A stretch of DNA of 34,521 bases from a virus (Duplodnaviria; Caudoviricetes), in the IMG/VR virus record IMGVR_UViG_3300017747_003863, positions 1 to 34,521 of that record; one strand, written 5' to 3'. Shown here one piece after another: positions 27,828 to 34,521 of the stretch. The notes below the pieces were generated by a model. The model was not told the DNA's origin. It saw nothing but the letters and a program-made list of their open reading frames with translations, and made no database searches. Position 1 is the first letter of the stretch. Each line of letters begins with the position of its first letter. The position numbers and the translations under genes were made by a program.

Positions 27828-28204
27828 CAGATTACTTCATATACGGACTCTCCGTTACTGAAGGTGCCTATCTTCTGAGCCTTCGCCCAAGGTGCGATTG
27901 CACGTTTGAAGAAGTGTTCAATCCAAGTTGCTGCCTTGGCTTGGTCGGCCTCTTCCAAGGTTCGTACTGACAGGCTGATAACTCCGCAGTACTCTGAGAT
28001 TGCAATCTCCACCAATGGACTCTGAAGGATGATGTTAATGTCTCGGTCTTCCCACTCGTTAACAACCTCAAACTCAGGGTATTTGTAGATAACGTGCTCT
28101 TGGATGTCTTCAATCAGCAGGTCAAAGTCCTGCATTTCTTCTTCGTCAAGTTGGTGGAAGTAAACTGCGTCTGCGTTTGTTAGGTAATTTACTGAGCGTC
28201 CCAT
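27827..28204 (-). CDS. Hypothetical protein, 125 aa
   Basis: MGRSV...ISEYCG..SLS...GTFSNGE, a recognisable small phage family of unknown function. Confidence 0.78.
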   Translation of the reverse strand: MGRSVNYLTNADAVYFHQLDEEEMQDFDLLIEDIQEHVIYKYPEFEVVNEWEDRDINIILQSPLVEIAISEYCGVISLSVRTLEEADQAKAATWIEHFFKRAIAPWAKAQKIGTFSNGESVYEVI

Positions 28205-28205
28205 T

Positions 28206-28469
28206 TTAGTTGTTGTTGTAGATTGAAATTTGATAAGTGTTTCCGTTGATTACTGCCGCACCGAATGACTCAGGTGCCTCAGATGCCTTGTACTCCTGAA
28301 GGAACCAATCGTCTATGGCGCATTGCAGGTCAGCGTAGGTGTGAGCCTGTGCAAACATTATGGCGTGATGTTCGTGCTTGAAGTACATCGCAAGGTCAGG
28401 GCAGTACCAACCTTCATTCATAGGCTGTCCCGTGATGGTGCAGACCTGTCCGTAGAGTTTTGCTTTCAT
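28206..28469 (-). CDS. Hypothetical protein, paralogue of 29251-29493
   Basis: CT.TG..MNEGWY......YFKHE..A shared. Confidence 0.78.
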   Translation of the reverse strand: MKAKLYGQVCTITGQPMNEGWYCPDLAMYFKHEHHAIMFAQAHTYADLQCAIDDWFLQEYKASEAPESFGAAVINGNTYQISIYNNN

Positions 28470-29023
28470 TGGTTGTTTAGTTCTAAGTTATAGCCTTCTT
28501 TAATTTCCTTAAGTTCTTTCTTGGTCAACTTCGTGTAGAACCTGTCAAGGTATTCCGTCTTGAACTCTGCGAAGTTTTCGCATTGCTCAACGTAGTATTC
28601 CAACTCGTTCCAAAATCTTTCCTGACCTGAGACCCACAGCCACTCAAGGTAGGTGTAGCACTCGTCAGTCATAACTCCCTGCTCGTAGTAACTTACTCCT
28701 GCGAAGTCCTGACCTTGCTCTTCGTACTCTGCGGTTATCTTCACAGGGTAGTGGTCAGACAGCATCTGAAGGAACTTGTGAGGTGGACACCAAGCACTAT
28801 CCCCGAGGACTATCATTGATTTATCTTCGTTGCGCTCCAACCAAAAGTTCCACCACTTGGAGCCATAGTCCTCACTTTTTGGGATGTCTTTCTCGTAGAA
28901 GAATTTGCCTGCGAACTTTGCGAAGGACTCTGATTTATCCCTGTTATTGAACTGCTCGTACAGGTTGTCAATAACTTCTTTACTACCACTGATGTAGACG
29001 TGATTCCAACAATTGTTAGCCAT
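28466..29023 (-). CDS. DUF1281/YubB-like ferredoxin-fold protein
   Basis: MANNCWN, YGSKW, DSAWCPP, YEEQGQDFAG; ATG 29023 preferred over the ORF-track start. Confidence 0.75.
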   Translation of the reverse strand: MANNCWNHVYISGSKEVIDNLYEQFNNRDKSESFAKFAGKFFYEKDIPKSEDYGSKWWNFWLERNEDKSMIVLGDSAWCPPHKFLQMLSDHYPVKITAEYEEQGQDFAGVSYYEQGVMTDECYTYLEWLWVSGQERFWNELEYYVEQCENFAEFKTEYLDRFYTKLTKKELKEIKEGYNLELNNQ

Positions 29024-29046
29024 TTTAATTAAATTTAAAGGTTGTT

Positions 29047-29238
29047 TTACTTTACTAATTTGAATCCGAACTCGTTGACAAAATCGTTCTCTCCGAACTC
29101 TCCGTCCCACTCTTGGTACAGGCGTTGGCCTTCTTCAATCCAAGAGATTGAAACGTTGTGGGTCTTGCCTGTATTCTGAACATCTGCCTGCACTTGCTTA
29201 GCATTGAACAGGTTTTCGTTTGTGATTTCTGTTTTCAT
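29047..29238 (-). CDS. Hypothetical protein, 63 aa
   Basis: ATG ORF with A-rich leader. Confidence 0.7.
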   Translation of the reverse strand: MKTEITNENLFNAKQVQADVQNTGKTHNVSISWIEEGQRLYQEWDGEFGENDFVNEFGFKLVK

Positions 29239-29250
29239 TTTGTGTTTGAA

Positions 29251-29493
29251 TTAATAGATTTCAGTTACGTTTCCTTTCTCATCAACTGCGTACTCGTGGT
29301 CTTCTTCCCATTCAGTCCAATAAATTTCATCGGCTTCGTAGGCTTCGTCAAGGCTGTTGTATCCGAGTTCGTTGCAGTACTTGACAGCATCTGCCTCGTG
29401 CTTGAAGTAGGACATACTGCCTTCTGCGTACCAACCTTCGTTCATCAGTTCTCCTGTGGCTGTGCACTTACGTGCGAATGTTTGTGGCTTCAT
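29251..29493 (-). CDS. Hypothetical acidic protein, 80 aa
   Basis: Paralogue of 28206-28469. Confidence 0.78.
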   Translation of the reverse strand: MKPQTFARKCTATGELMNEGWYAEGSMSYFKHEADAVKYCNELGYNSLDEAYEADEIYWTEWEEDHEYAVDEKGNVTEIY

Positions 29494-29527
29494 AACTTGT
29501 GTTTGTTTGATATGTCAAATGTCGTAA

Positions 29528-29725
29528 CTATTTCTGACCTGTGCAAGTATTTTGCAAACTTTTTTTGGAATTAATTTCATCTACTTGAATGTGAACAAGT
29601 TGCAGTAAGATAAGTAGTGCGATTCCTGCGATACCTACGAAGAAATTGGATGCCTGCACGGCTGCTGCTGTTCCCCAAAGGACGCCAAGTTGTAGGAGGA
29701 TGATTGTGATTGCTGACTTTTTCAT
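29528..29725 (-). CDS. Small membrane protein, 65 aa
   Basis: Two hydrophobic helices; ATGA coupling. Confidence 0.65.
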   Translation of the reverse strand: MKKSAITIILLQLGVLWGTAAAVQASNFFVGIAGIALLILLQLVHIQVDEINSKKSLQNTCTGQK

Positions 29726-29913
29726 TTTGGTTGATGAACTGAGATGAATTTAATGATGCCTTCAACGATTTCAATTTTCTTTTCCGTAGGCATTATTGGT
29801 GCGGCAACTCCAAAGGCAACTGCAAGGAATTGGTTTTTGTCAAAGGAACATTCGTGCTCCAATTGGTGCATCAGTTTCGCCCATTGCAGGTCTTGTTGTG
29901 CTATCTTGTCCAT
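29722..29913 (-). CDS. Hypothetical protein, 63 aa
   Basis: ATG ORF with ACTTAAATTAAAACAAA leader. Confidence 0.7.
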   Translation of the reverse strand: MDKIAQQDLQWAKLMHQLEHECSFDKNQFLAVAFGVAAPIMPTEKKIEIVEGIIKFISVHQPK

Positions 29914-29937
29914 TTTGTTTTAATTTAAGTGTTTTGT

Positions 29938-30162
29938 TTATTTTGAGTAAGATTTCCAAGATAGGGACTCATCGGAAGATAGGTCACAGGCAATTTCTAT
30001 GTTGGAAAGATTCGTCCAACATTCATCTGCTGTTTCGCTTTCATTCTTGAATACCTCTTCAAGTTGGTTGTTTTGGATGAATTTAATCACGATGTCAAGG
30101 TCGTCCTTAATCATAGCAATTCTATGTTCCAACTGCTGTGATTTGTTCAATTTAAGTTCCAT
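29938..30162 (-). CDS. Hypothetical protein, 74 aa
   Basis: ATG ORF with A-rich leader. Confidence 0.7.
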   Translation of the reverse strand: MELKLNKSQQLEHRIAMIKDDLDIVIKFIQNNQLEEVFKNESETADECWTNLSNIEIACDLSSDESLSWKSYSK

Positions 30163-30186
30163 TTTGTTTTAGTTTAAAGTTTAAGT

Positions 30187-30594
30187 TTAACCGAACATTA
30201 CTTCACCGAAGAATACCTGCTGAAGGATGGCGTCTGCCGTATCTGCATCATCACGCTCTTCAATGGCCTCCATCAGCATACTGAAAGGTGTCTGCTGAAC
30301 ACGTTCGTGAACGTCCTCAAGTTTTATAGAGTAACTCTCCTCACCTTCAAGGTCAACCATTGTAAGGCTGTTTCCGTCACGCAAAATCTGCATCAGAATG
30401 TCTTCGTAGCAAATTCCTACAGGTGACAGCAATTCGGATGCTGAAGCATTTTTCACCAAGTTTATGCGTGCGGCTTGGTATTCAAGTGCCTCGTACTCCA
30501 ACTCAAGGTCATAGCACATAATTTGCCCTAAGCCATTGCATAGGCTGTTGAAGAAGATGTCTTCGCTCTCTTTGTTGGTCAGTTTGATTTCCAT
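30187..30594 (-). CDS. Hypothetical acidic protein, 135 aa
   Basis: C-terminal DADTADAILQQVFFGEVMFG motif typical of a small phage family. Confidence 0.78.
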   Translation of the reverse strand: MEIKLTNKESEDIFFNSLCNGLGQIMCYDLELEYEALEYQAARINLVKNASASELLSPVGICYEDILMQILRDGNSLTMVDLEGEESYSIKLEDVHERVQQTPFSMLMEAIEERDDADTADAILQQVFFGEVMFG

Positions 30595-30606
30595 TTTGTT
30601 TTAAGT

Positions 30607-30786
30607 TTAGAAATTGGTTTGAATGAATTGAATTAATGAATCTTTGCTCTTGAAGTACTTGGTGCCTGCGTTCACCTGTAGTTCACTGCTGTCAAGTAGT
30701 GCCCAAGATTTTAGGAAACGTGCAGGCCATTGTGCGTAGGCAAAGTAGAAGGTCTTGCCGTTGTGTTCTATAGTGCTCGCTTTCAT
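30607..30786 (-). CDS. Hypothetical protein, 59 aa (not in ORF track)
   Basis: MKASTIEHNGKTFYF...IQTNF; TAATG coupling. Confidence 0.65.
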   Translation of the reverse strand: MKASTIEHNGKTFYFAYAQWPARFLKSWALLDSSELQVNAGTKYFKSKDSLIQFIQTNF

Positions 30787-31145
30787 TACACGTAAAGGGT
30801 TTCAAAGTTAGACAGGATGAAGATGGCTTTTTCTCCTGTGGCCTTAGCCAAGCGGACAGCCTGTTCCTTGCGTGATTCGGGGAACCGCTTTGCAACGTCC
30901 AAGTAAACGATGCCGTCCTCAATCCACGTGCCGAGGTGAATGTCTTTTTTGCCTGCGTACTTGCGGGAGAATTCGCTGATGAACTCCTCAATGTTTGCAG
31001 GGCTGAAGGACTCCACAGGTATGGTGGTTCCCTGTCCTGCGAGACCGACCATACAGCCTGTCTTAGGTGATTTGCCGTTCAGATTGAAGGTGCCTCCCTC
31101 GTTCTCCAAGGTAACGAGGTGGATGGTTGCTGCGAGATTTTCCAT
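30786..31145 (-). CDS. Hypothetical protein, 119 aa
   Basis: GGTF...P..G.MVG...LGTW..DG.VYLDV...A...A...GEKAIF. Confidence 0.78.
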   Translation of the reverse strand: MENLAATIHLVTLENEGGTFNLNGKSPKTGCMVGLAGQGTTIPVESFSPANIEEFISEFSRKYAGKKDIHLGTWIEDGIVYLDVAKRFPESRKEQAVRLAKATGEKAIFILSNFETLYV

Positions 31146-31180
31146 TTTGTTTGAGTTTAAGTGTTAAAGTTTTGGTTTAA

Positions 31181-31450
31181 TTAGAATCCGAATGAATTGA
31201 TTACCTGACCTTCGCTGTTGAAGGATTTCTGCATATCTACCTGCATCAGGCTGTCTGCATCTGCCTGAGTCAGGGACTTGATGTATGTCTTACCTGAAGG
31301 CATCAGGTAGGCCACAATGTATGGGTGCTTTGCAGTCACGCCCATAACGACAGCACCTGTGCGCTGTGCTTGGTTTATGAATAATTTGCAAGGCTTTGCG
31401 TCACCTGCGAAGTGGAACGTGTTCTCAAGGGTTTCAATTAGGTTTTTCAT
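31181..31450 (-). CDS. Hypothetical early protein, 89 aa
   Basis: ATG 28 nt downstream of a hammerhead cleavage site. Confidence 0.75.
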   Translation of the reverse strand: MKNLIETLENTFHFAGDAKPCKLFINQAQRTGAVVMGVTAKHPYIVAYLMPSGKTYIKSLTQADADSLMQVDMQKSFNSEGQVINSFGF

Positions 31451-31472
31451 AACAGGTAGTTTTAAGTGTTTT

Positions 31473-31522
31473 GGTTAAGACCCCCGAAGGGGTTTCGGCT
31501 ACTTAAGCCTCATCGGTTAACC
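31473..31522 (-). ncRNA. Type I hammerhead ribozyme (downstream copy)
   Basis: GGUUAA CCGAUGA GGCU-UAAGU-AGCC GAAA CCCC-UUCG-GGGG UC/ UUAACC; U4C core variant; predicted cleavage between 31479 and 31478. Confidence 0.9.
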
Positions 31523-31525
31523 TGT

Positions 31526-31768
31526 TTACATCGGGTATCCTAATTTCCCCCATAGTTCGTCTGCGTAGCGAACTCCACGTTGAATTGCTTTGCGTGCCGT
31601 TTCGGGGAAGTTGTAACTCACTTGGAACTCAAAGCCTTGGCCGTGGTTAACCTGTAGTTCCCACTCGTGGTACTTGCCGTTGGACGCAAGTACACCCATA
31701 GGATGGCGCACAATTTGGTAGGCGAACGATGGAGTTTGGGCCTGTAGAACGATAGTTGAATTTTTCAT
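31526..31768 (-). CDS. Hypothetical early protein, 80 aa
   Basis: ATG ORF between the two hammerheads. Confidence 0.75.
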   Translation of the reverse strand: MKNSTIVLQAQTPSFAYQIVRHPMGVLASNGKYHEWELQVNHGQGFEFQVSYNFPETARKAIQRGVRYADELWGKLGYPM

Positions 31769-31801
31769 AAGGTGATTGATTAAAGTTTTAGTTTAAGTGG
31801 A

Positions 31802-32125
31802 TTACTTGTGGTTTCTGTAAGCCTTAAGTATGGTGTTGATGGCGTGGTTGAAAGCCTTTGCTCCTGTTGCGCTGAAGAAGTCATTGTCGTTCAGATTGAA
31901 CCGCTCCTTGGTTATGTATTGGTAGGTGCAGAAGGACGTCTTAGCCTTCTCCTCACCGATGATGGTAACGAACTGACCTGTTTTGCTGACAACGATTTCG
32001 CTGATACTCACAATTGAAGGGAAGGTGCCTCCATCGTAGGTGGTGACGAACTCGTCCTGCATCTGCTTAGCGTAGGCAAGTACTTCGGCAATCTTAAAGG
32101 ACTGAAGTTTGGTGATGGTCTTCAT
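31802..32125 (-). CDS. Hypothetical early protein, 107 aa
   Basis: ATG 29 nt downstream of a hammerhead cleavage site. Confidence 0.75.
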   Translation of the reverse strand: MKTITKLQSFKIAEVLAYAKQMQDEFVTTYDGGTFPSIVSISEIVVSKTGQFVTIIGEEKAKTSFCTYQYITKERFNLNDNDFFSATGAKAFNHAINTILKAYRNHK

Positions 32126-32148
32126 AACGTGTAGTTTTAGGGTTTCTT

Positions 32149-32200
32149 GGTTAAGACAGCCTTTCGGCTGTTTCGTCCACTTAGGACTCGTCAGTTAACC
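32149..32200 (-). ncRNA. Type I hammerhead ribozyme (upstream copy)
   Basis: GGUUAA CUGACGA GUCC-UAAGU-GGAC GAAA CAGCC-GAAA-GGCUG UC/ UUAACC; canonical core; predicted cleavage between 32155 and 32154. Confidence 0.95.
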
Positions 32201-32440
32201 TTGGTACGTTTGCAGGTCACGCTTTAGGAACTTGACTGCATCGGCCTTAGTCCACCAATTTCCTGGCCACCATTCCTCGGGCCCATCGTTGGTCGTTTCA
32301 TAGATGTACCAATACTTGCCGAAGTACTCGTTGGTATCAAAGTTGTAGTCCTTGCGGATTTCAAAGAAGCGGATGGTTCCGTTGTGGACTGCGGAGACGA
32401 TGTAACGTCCTGCCTCGCCTCGGGTGATAACTACTTTCAT
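32195..32440 (-). CDS. First early gene, hypothetical 81 aa
   Basis: ATG 32440 (MKVVITRGEAG) lies downstream of the promoter and shares the CACGTTATG start context with 32125; stop codon lies in hammerhead stem I. Confidence 0.75.
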   Translation of the reverse strand: MKVVITRGEAGRYIVSAVHNGTIRFFEIRKDYNFDTNEYFGKYWYIYETTNDGPEEWWPGNWWTKADAVKFLKRDLQTYQG

Positions 32441-32479
32441 AACGTGGTTGTTTGGATTAGTTGTTATTGTTTGACATTG

Positions 32480-32509
32480 CAAACATACGGCATCAATTCG
32501 GATATGCAA
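32480..32509 (-). promoter_or_regulatory. Early promoter, Flavobacterium-type consensus
   Basis: Exact TTG-N19-TATGTTTG (-33 at 32509-32507, -7 at 32487-32480). Confidence 0.75.
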
Positions 32510-32589
32510 GAATTATTTTTACGGAAAATCGCAACTCGCTCGGAAACCCCAATGAAATCAAGGGTTTACGAATGAAAAAAAGTTTATCA

Positions 32590-32875
32590 GGTACAGCAGC
32601 AGGGAGCAGCAGCAGGCATATAGCAGCAGTAATACAGGTACAACAAAGTACTTTGCTTAGCAAGGTAGGTAAGTAATGTAGGTAGGTAGGCGGGGGGATT
32701 GTCCCCTTCCTTTTGGACCTCTCTCCAAACGTACATACCACCCTACTTAGATGCCTCCCATAGGCTGTCAGAAAACGCCAAATTCCTGTACGGATTTACC
32801 TGCGCTTTGGGGGGGTTGGGTTTGGGAATCCGTTTCGGGTGTCGGGACGCAGTAAGGAATATATATATATTATCC
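32590..32875. other. Non-coding low-complexity region at the transcriptional divergence (candidate terminus/origin)
   Basis: AGC runs 32594-32629, GTAG runs 32664-32690, G tracts 32809-32846, AT dinucleotide run ~32859-32871. Confidence 0.5.
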
Positions 32876-33153
32876 CCTGGGTATTTATTTCTATATACCT
32901 TCTCTCATAAAAGAACGCAGTTCGTGTCGCAGACTCTGTTCCACAAAATGTACCTTAAGGAATCTGTCAGATTTTGGGAAGCAGGTCGGTATAATGCCGA
33001 ATTGGGACTGATAATCTGTCAGTTACGCTCAATCACTTGAACAGACTCTTTAAACGTACGTACTTGTAGCTGACGTATTCTGTCGGGTCAAGACACAGCA
33101 TCCCCAAGACCTCCTTTGCGTGTGAGCAGTTAATCGCCTGTTGTTGTCGTTAC

Positions 33154-33182
33154 GCTGCGGGGCTTTTGGGGAGCCCTCCGCT
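33154..33182 (-). repeat. 29-nt GC-rich hairpin element, copy 2
   Basis: 26/29 identical to 25046-25074. Confidence 0.8.
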
Positions 33183-33247
33183 ACACTAAAGCGTTAGAAT
33201 GAGAAGCGTGTTTACTATTTGCCTCCTTACGTGCTCACTTGTGTAAG

Positions 33248-33279
33248 CAAAGTTACAAGAAATAAATGACATTTCCAAA
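33248..33279 (-). promoter_or_regulatory. Leftward promoter
   Basis: TTTG-N20-TAACTTTG. Confidence 0.55.
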
Positions 33280-33337
33280 TGTTAACGTCTATAATGTAGG
33301 TATGTATTATAGATTTTATCTATGACTCTATATTCTG

Positions 33338-33345
33338 TATATTTG
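33338..33345 (+). promoter_or_regulatory. Rightward -7 element TATATTTG
   Basis: TAnnTTTG match 21 nt upstream of ATG 33367. Confidence 0.5.
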
Positions 33346-33366
33346 TCCAAACATAATCTGTTAACG

Positions 33367-33522
33367 ATGGAAATCAAGAAGAAGTATATGGGTGGCGGTA
33401 TGGCACCTAAGTACGGTAAGGGTGGTATGATGAAGTACCTCAAGGGTGGTCAGGTTAAACTTGATGTGAACAAGGATAACAAGATCACGAGTGTAGACTT
33501 CAAAATGATGAAGAAGAAATGA
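33367..33522 (+). CDS. Small basic protein with three YxxGG repeats and an EF-hand/dockerin-like loop, 51 aa
   Basis: YMGGG, YGKGG, YLKGG; DVNKDNKITSVD; ATG 33367 preferred. Confidence 0.75.
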   Translation: MEIKKKYMGGGMAPKYGKGGMMKYLKGGQVKLDVNKDNKITSVDFKMMKKK

Positions 33523-33728
33523 ACTACAAGAAGACAAAGATGTACGGAGCTGGCGGGATGGTCAAGAAGTACAATGGTGGAGGCGAGATGGAGTCTGGCT
33601 CTGAGGTAGAGGTAAAGGCTATGTCCCTGGAAGAGGCTGTTAAGCAAGTACAGGCAGCAGTTAAAGCAAAAGCCGAACAGCCTACTCACTTCAAGGTGAA
33701 GGCTTGTTACTACGGTGAAGAGGAATGA
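33519..33728 (+). CDS. Hypothetical protein with YxxGG repeats, 69 aa
   Basis: YGAGG, YNGGG; ATGA coupling at both ends. Confidence 0.75.
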   Translation: MNYKKTKMYGAGGMVKKYNGGGEMESGSEVEVKAMSLEEAVKQVQAAVKAKAEQPTHFKVKACYYGEEE

Positions 33729-34114
33729 GCACAGCGAAGAAGCGTAACCCAGGTCTCTGGAAGCGTATAGTTGCACAAGTGAAGGCTGGATCTAAGGGTG
33801 GAGACCCTGGTCAGTGGTCTGCACGTAAGGCGCAGCTGGCAGTTTCCAAGTATAAAGGTTCTGGTGGTGGCTACGAAGGTCCTAAGCGTGAAACTTCTCT
33901 GTCCAAGTGGACAAAGCAGAAGTGGCGGACCAAGAGTGGTAAACCATCATCAGAGACTGGAGAACGTTATCTTCCTGAAAAGGCTATCAAGTCTCTATCT
34001 CCACAAGAATATGCTGCAACCACACGTGCAAAGCGTGAAGGTAAGGCACAAGGAAAGCAATTTGTAGCACAGCCTAAGTCTGTTGCTATGAAAGTCAAGA
34101 AGTATAGGCAATGA
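33725..34114 (+). CDS. DUF5872-like basic protein, 129 aa
   Basis: GQWSARKAQL...GGGY...SLSKWTKQKWRTKSGKPS...ERYLP. Confidence 0.75.
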   Translation: MSTAKKRNPGLWKRIVAQVKAGSKGGDPGQWSARKAQLAVSKYKGSGGGYEGPKRETSLSKWTKQKWRTKSGKPSSETGERYLPEKAIKSLSPQEYAATTRAKREGKAQGKQFVAQPKSVAMKVKKYRQ

Positions 34115-34359
34115 AAGTAAGTAAGACCTCAAAGTACTACAGCGAGAATCCTGAAGCTGCTGAGAAGCGTAGGGAGTACCAGCGTAAGTACAATAAGTCG
34201 GAAGACCGTAAGAAGTACCGTGCCCTACTGAATAAGTACAACAGAGAGCAGGGTACCTACGGCAATGGTGATGGCTTAGATGCTTCACACACCAAGGCTG
34301 GTAAACTTGTAATGGAGGCTGCCTCCAAGAATAGAGCACGTAACAGAGGTAAAAAGTAG
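34111..34359 (+). CDS. Small basic protein, degenerate HNH-like, 82 aa
   Basis: GNGDGLDASH...SKNRARN motif. Confidence 0.6.
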   Translation: MKVSKTSKYYSENPEAAEKRREYQRKYNKSEDRKKYRALLNKYNREQGTYGNGDGLDASHTKAGKLVMEAASKNRARNRGKK

Positions 34360-34521
34360 GGTAAAAACACCATTAATACCCGTTCGGGTACATAATGATG
34401 GATTTTTCCTACTTTAATACCCTTTCGGGTACATTTGGCAGAATATAAACGTGCTATATCTCGCCAAATCAGCATAAAAAAGTCACATTTGGCGGATTAT
34501 GTGTCTTATAGGGACCATAAA

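Noticed and set aside
31463-31505. Pseudoknot between hammerhead loop II (UAAGU) and downstream ACUUA
   Set aside because: Perfect in one copy only; the other has CCCUA, and ACUUAAA recurs in ribozyme-free leaders. Not supported.
31473-32200. Reading the two elements as terminators or CRISPR repeats
   Set aside because: No U tract on the coding strand, only two copies ~0.68 kb apart, and the full hammerhead core explains them better.
32461-33040. ORFs of 71-113 aa in the divergence region
   Set aside because: Run through low-complexity repeats and promoter elements and lack the A-rich leaders of real genes here.
1-34521. Alternative genetic code (stop-codon reassignment)
   Set aside because: Conserved genes are full length under the standard bacterial code, coding density is high and no suppressor tRNA is seen.

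Overview
A 34.5-kb piece of a tailed dsDNA bacteriophage genome, most likely infecting Bacteroidota/Flavobacteria. The host call rests on several TTG-N19/20-TAnnTT(T/C)G promoters and A-rich leaders lacking Shine-Dalgarno sites. Layout: (i) 1-10078, + strand, end of a late/virion arm with putative ejected proteins, including a 2814-aa polyvalent protein with metallopeptidase, GNAT and SAM-lyase/DUF3293-like modules; (ii) 10165-24976, - strand, nucleotide metabolism, replication and recombination (nrdA/nrdB with a GIY-YIG endonuclease between them, two glycosyltransferases, tRNA-Arg, endonuclease I-like resolvase, primase-helicase, ThyX, Mom-like acetyltransferase, SSB-like, RecE-like, ERF); (iii) 25141-32440, - strand, small early genes; (iv) ~32500-33360, non-coding divergence region; (v) 33367-34359, + strand, small basic proteins. 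No capsid, terminase or DNA polymerase gene is recognisable here. The most striking observation is two complete, covarying type I hammerhead ribozymes in sense orientation at gene junctions at the start of the early operon (31473-31522 and 32149-32200). They would self-cleave the early mRNA 28-29 nt ahead of start codons and excise a 676-nt two-gene RNA. Also notable: a tRNA-shaped RNA with a 21-nt anticodon loop, a Mom-like cassette bounded by 21-bp stop/start junction repeats, a repeat-bounded in-frame insert and R-[PS]-S-[SK] linkers in the giant protein, and a 29-nt hairpin duplicated 8 kb apart behind two promoters. All protein family calls are motif recognition by eye, not database results.
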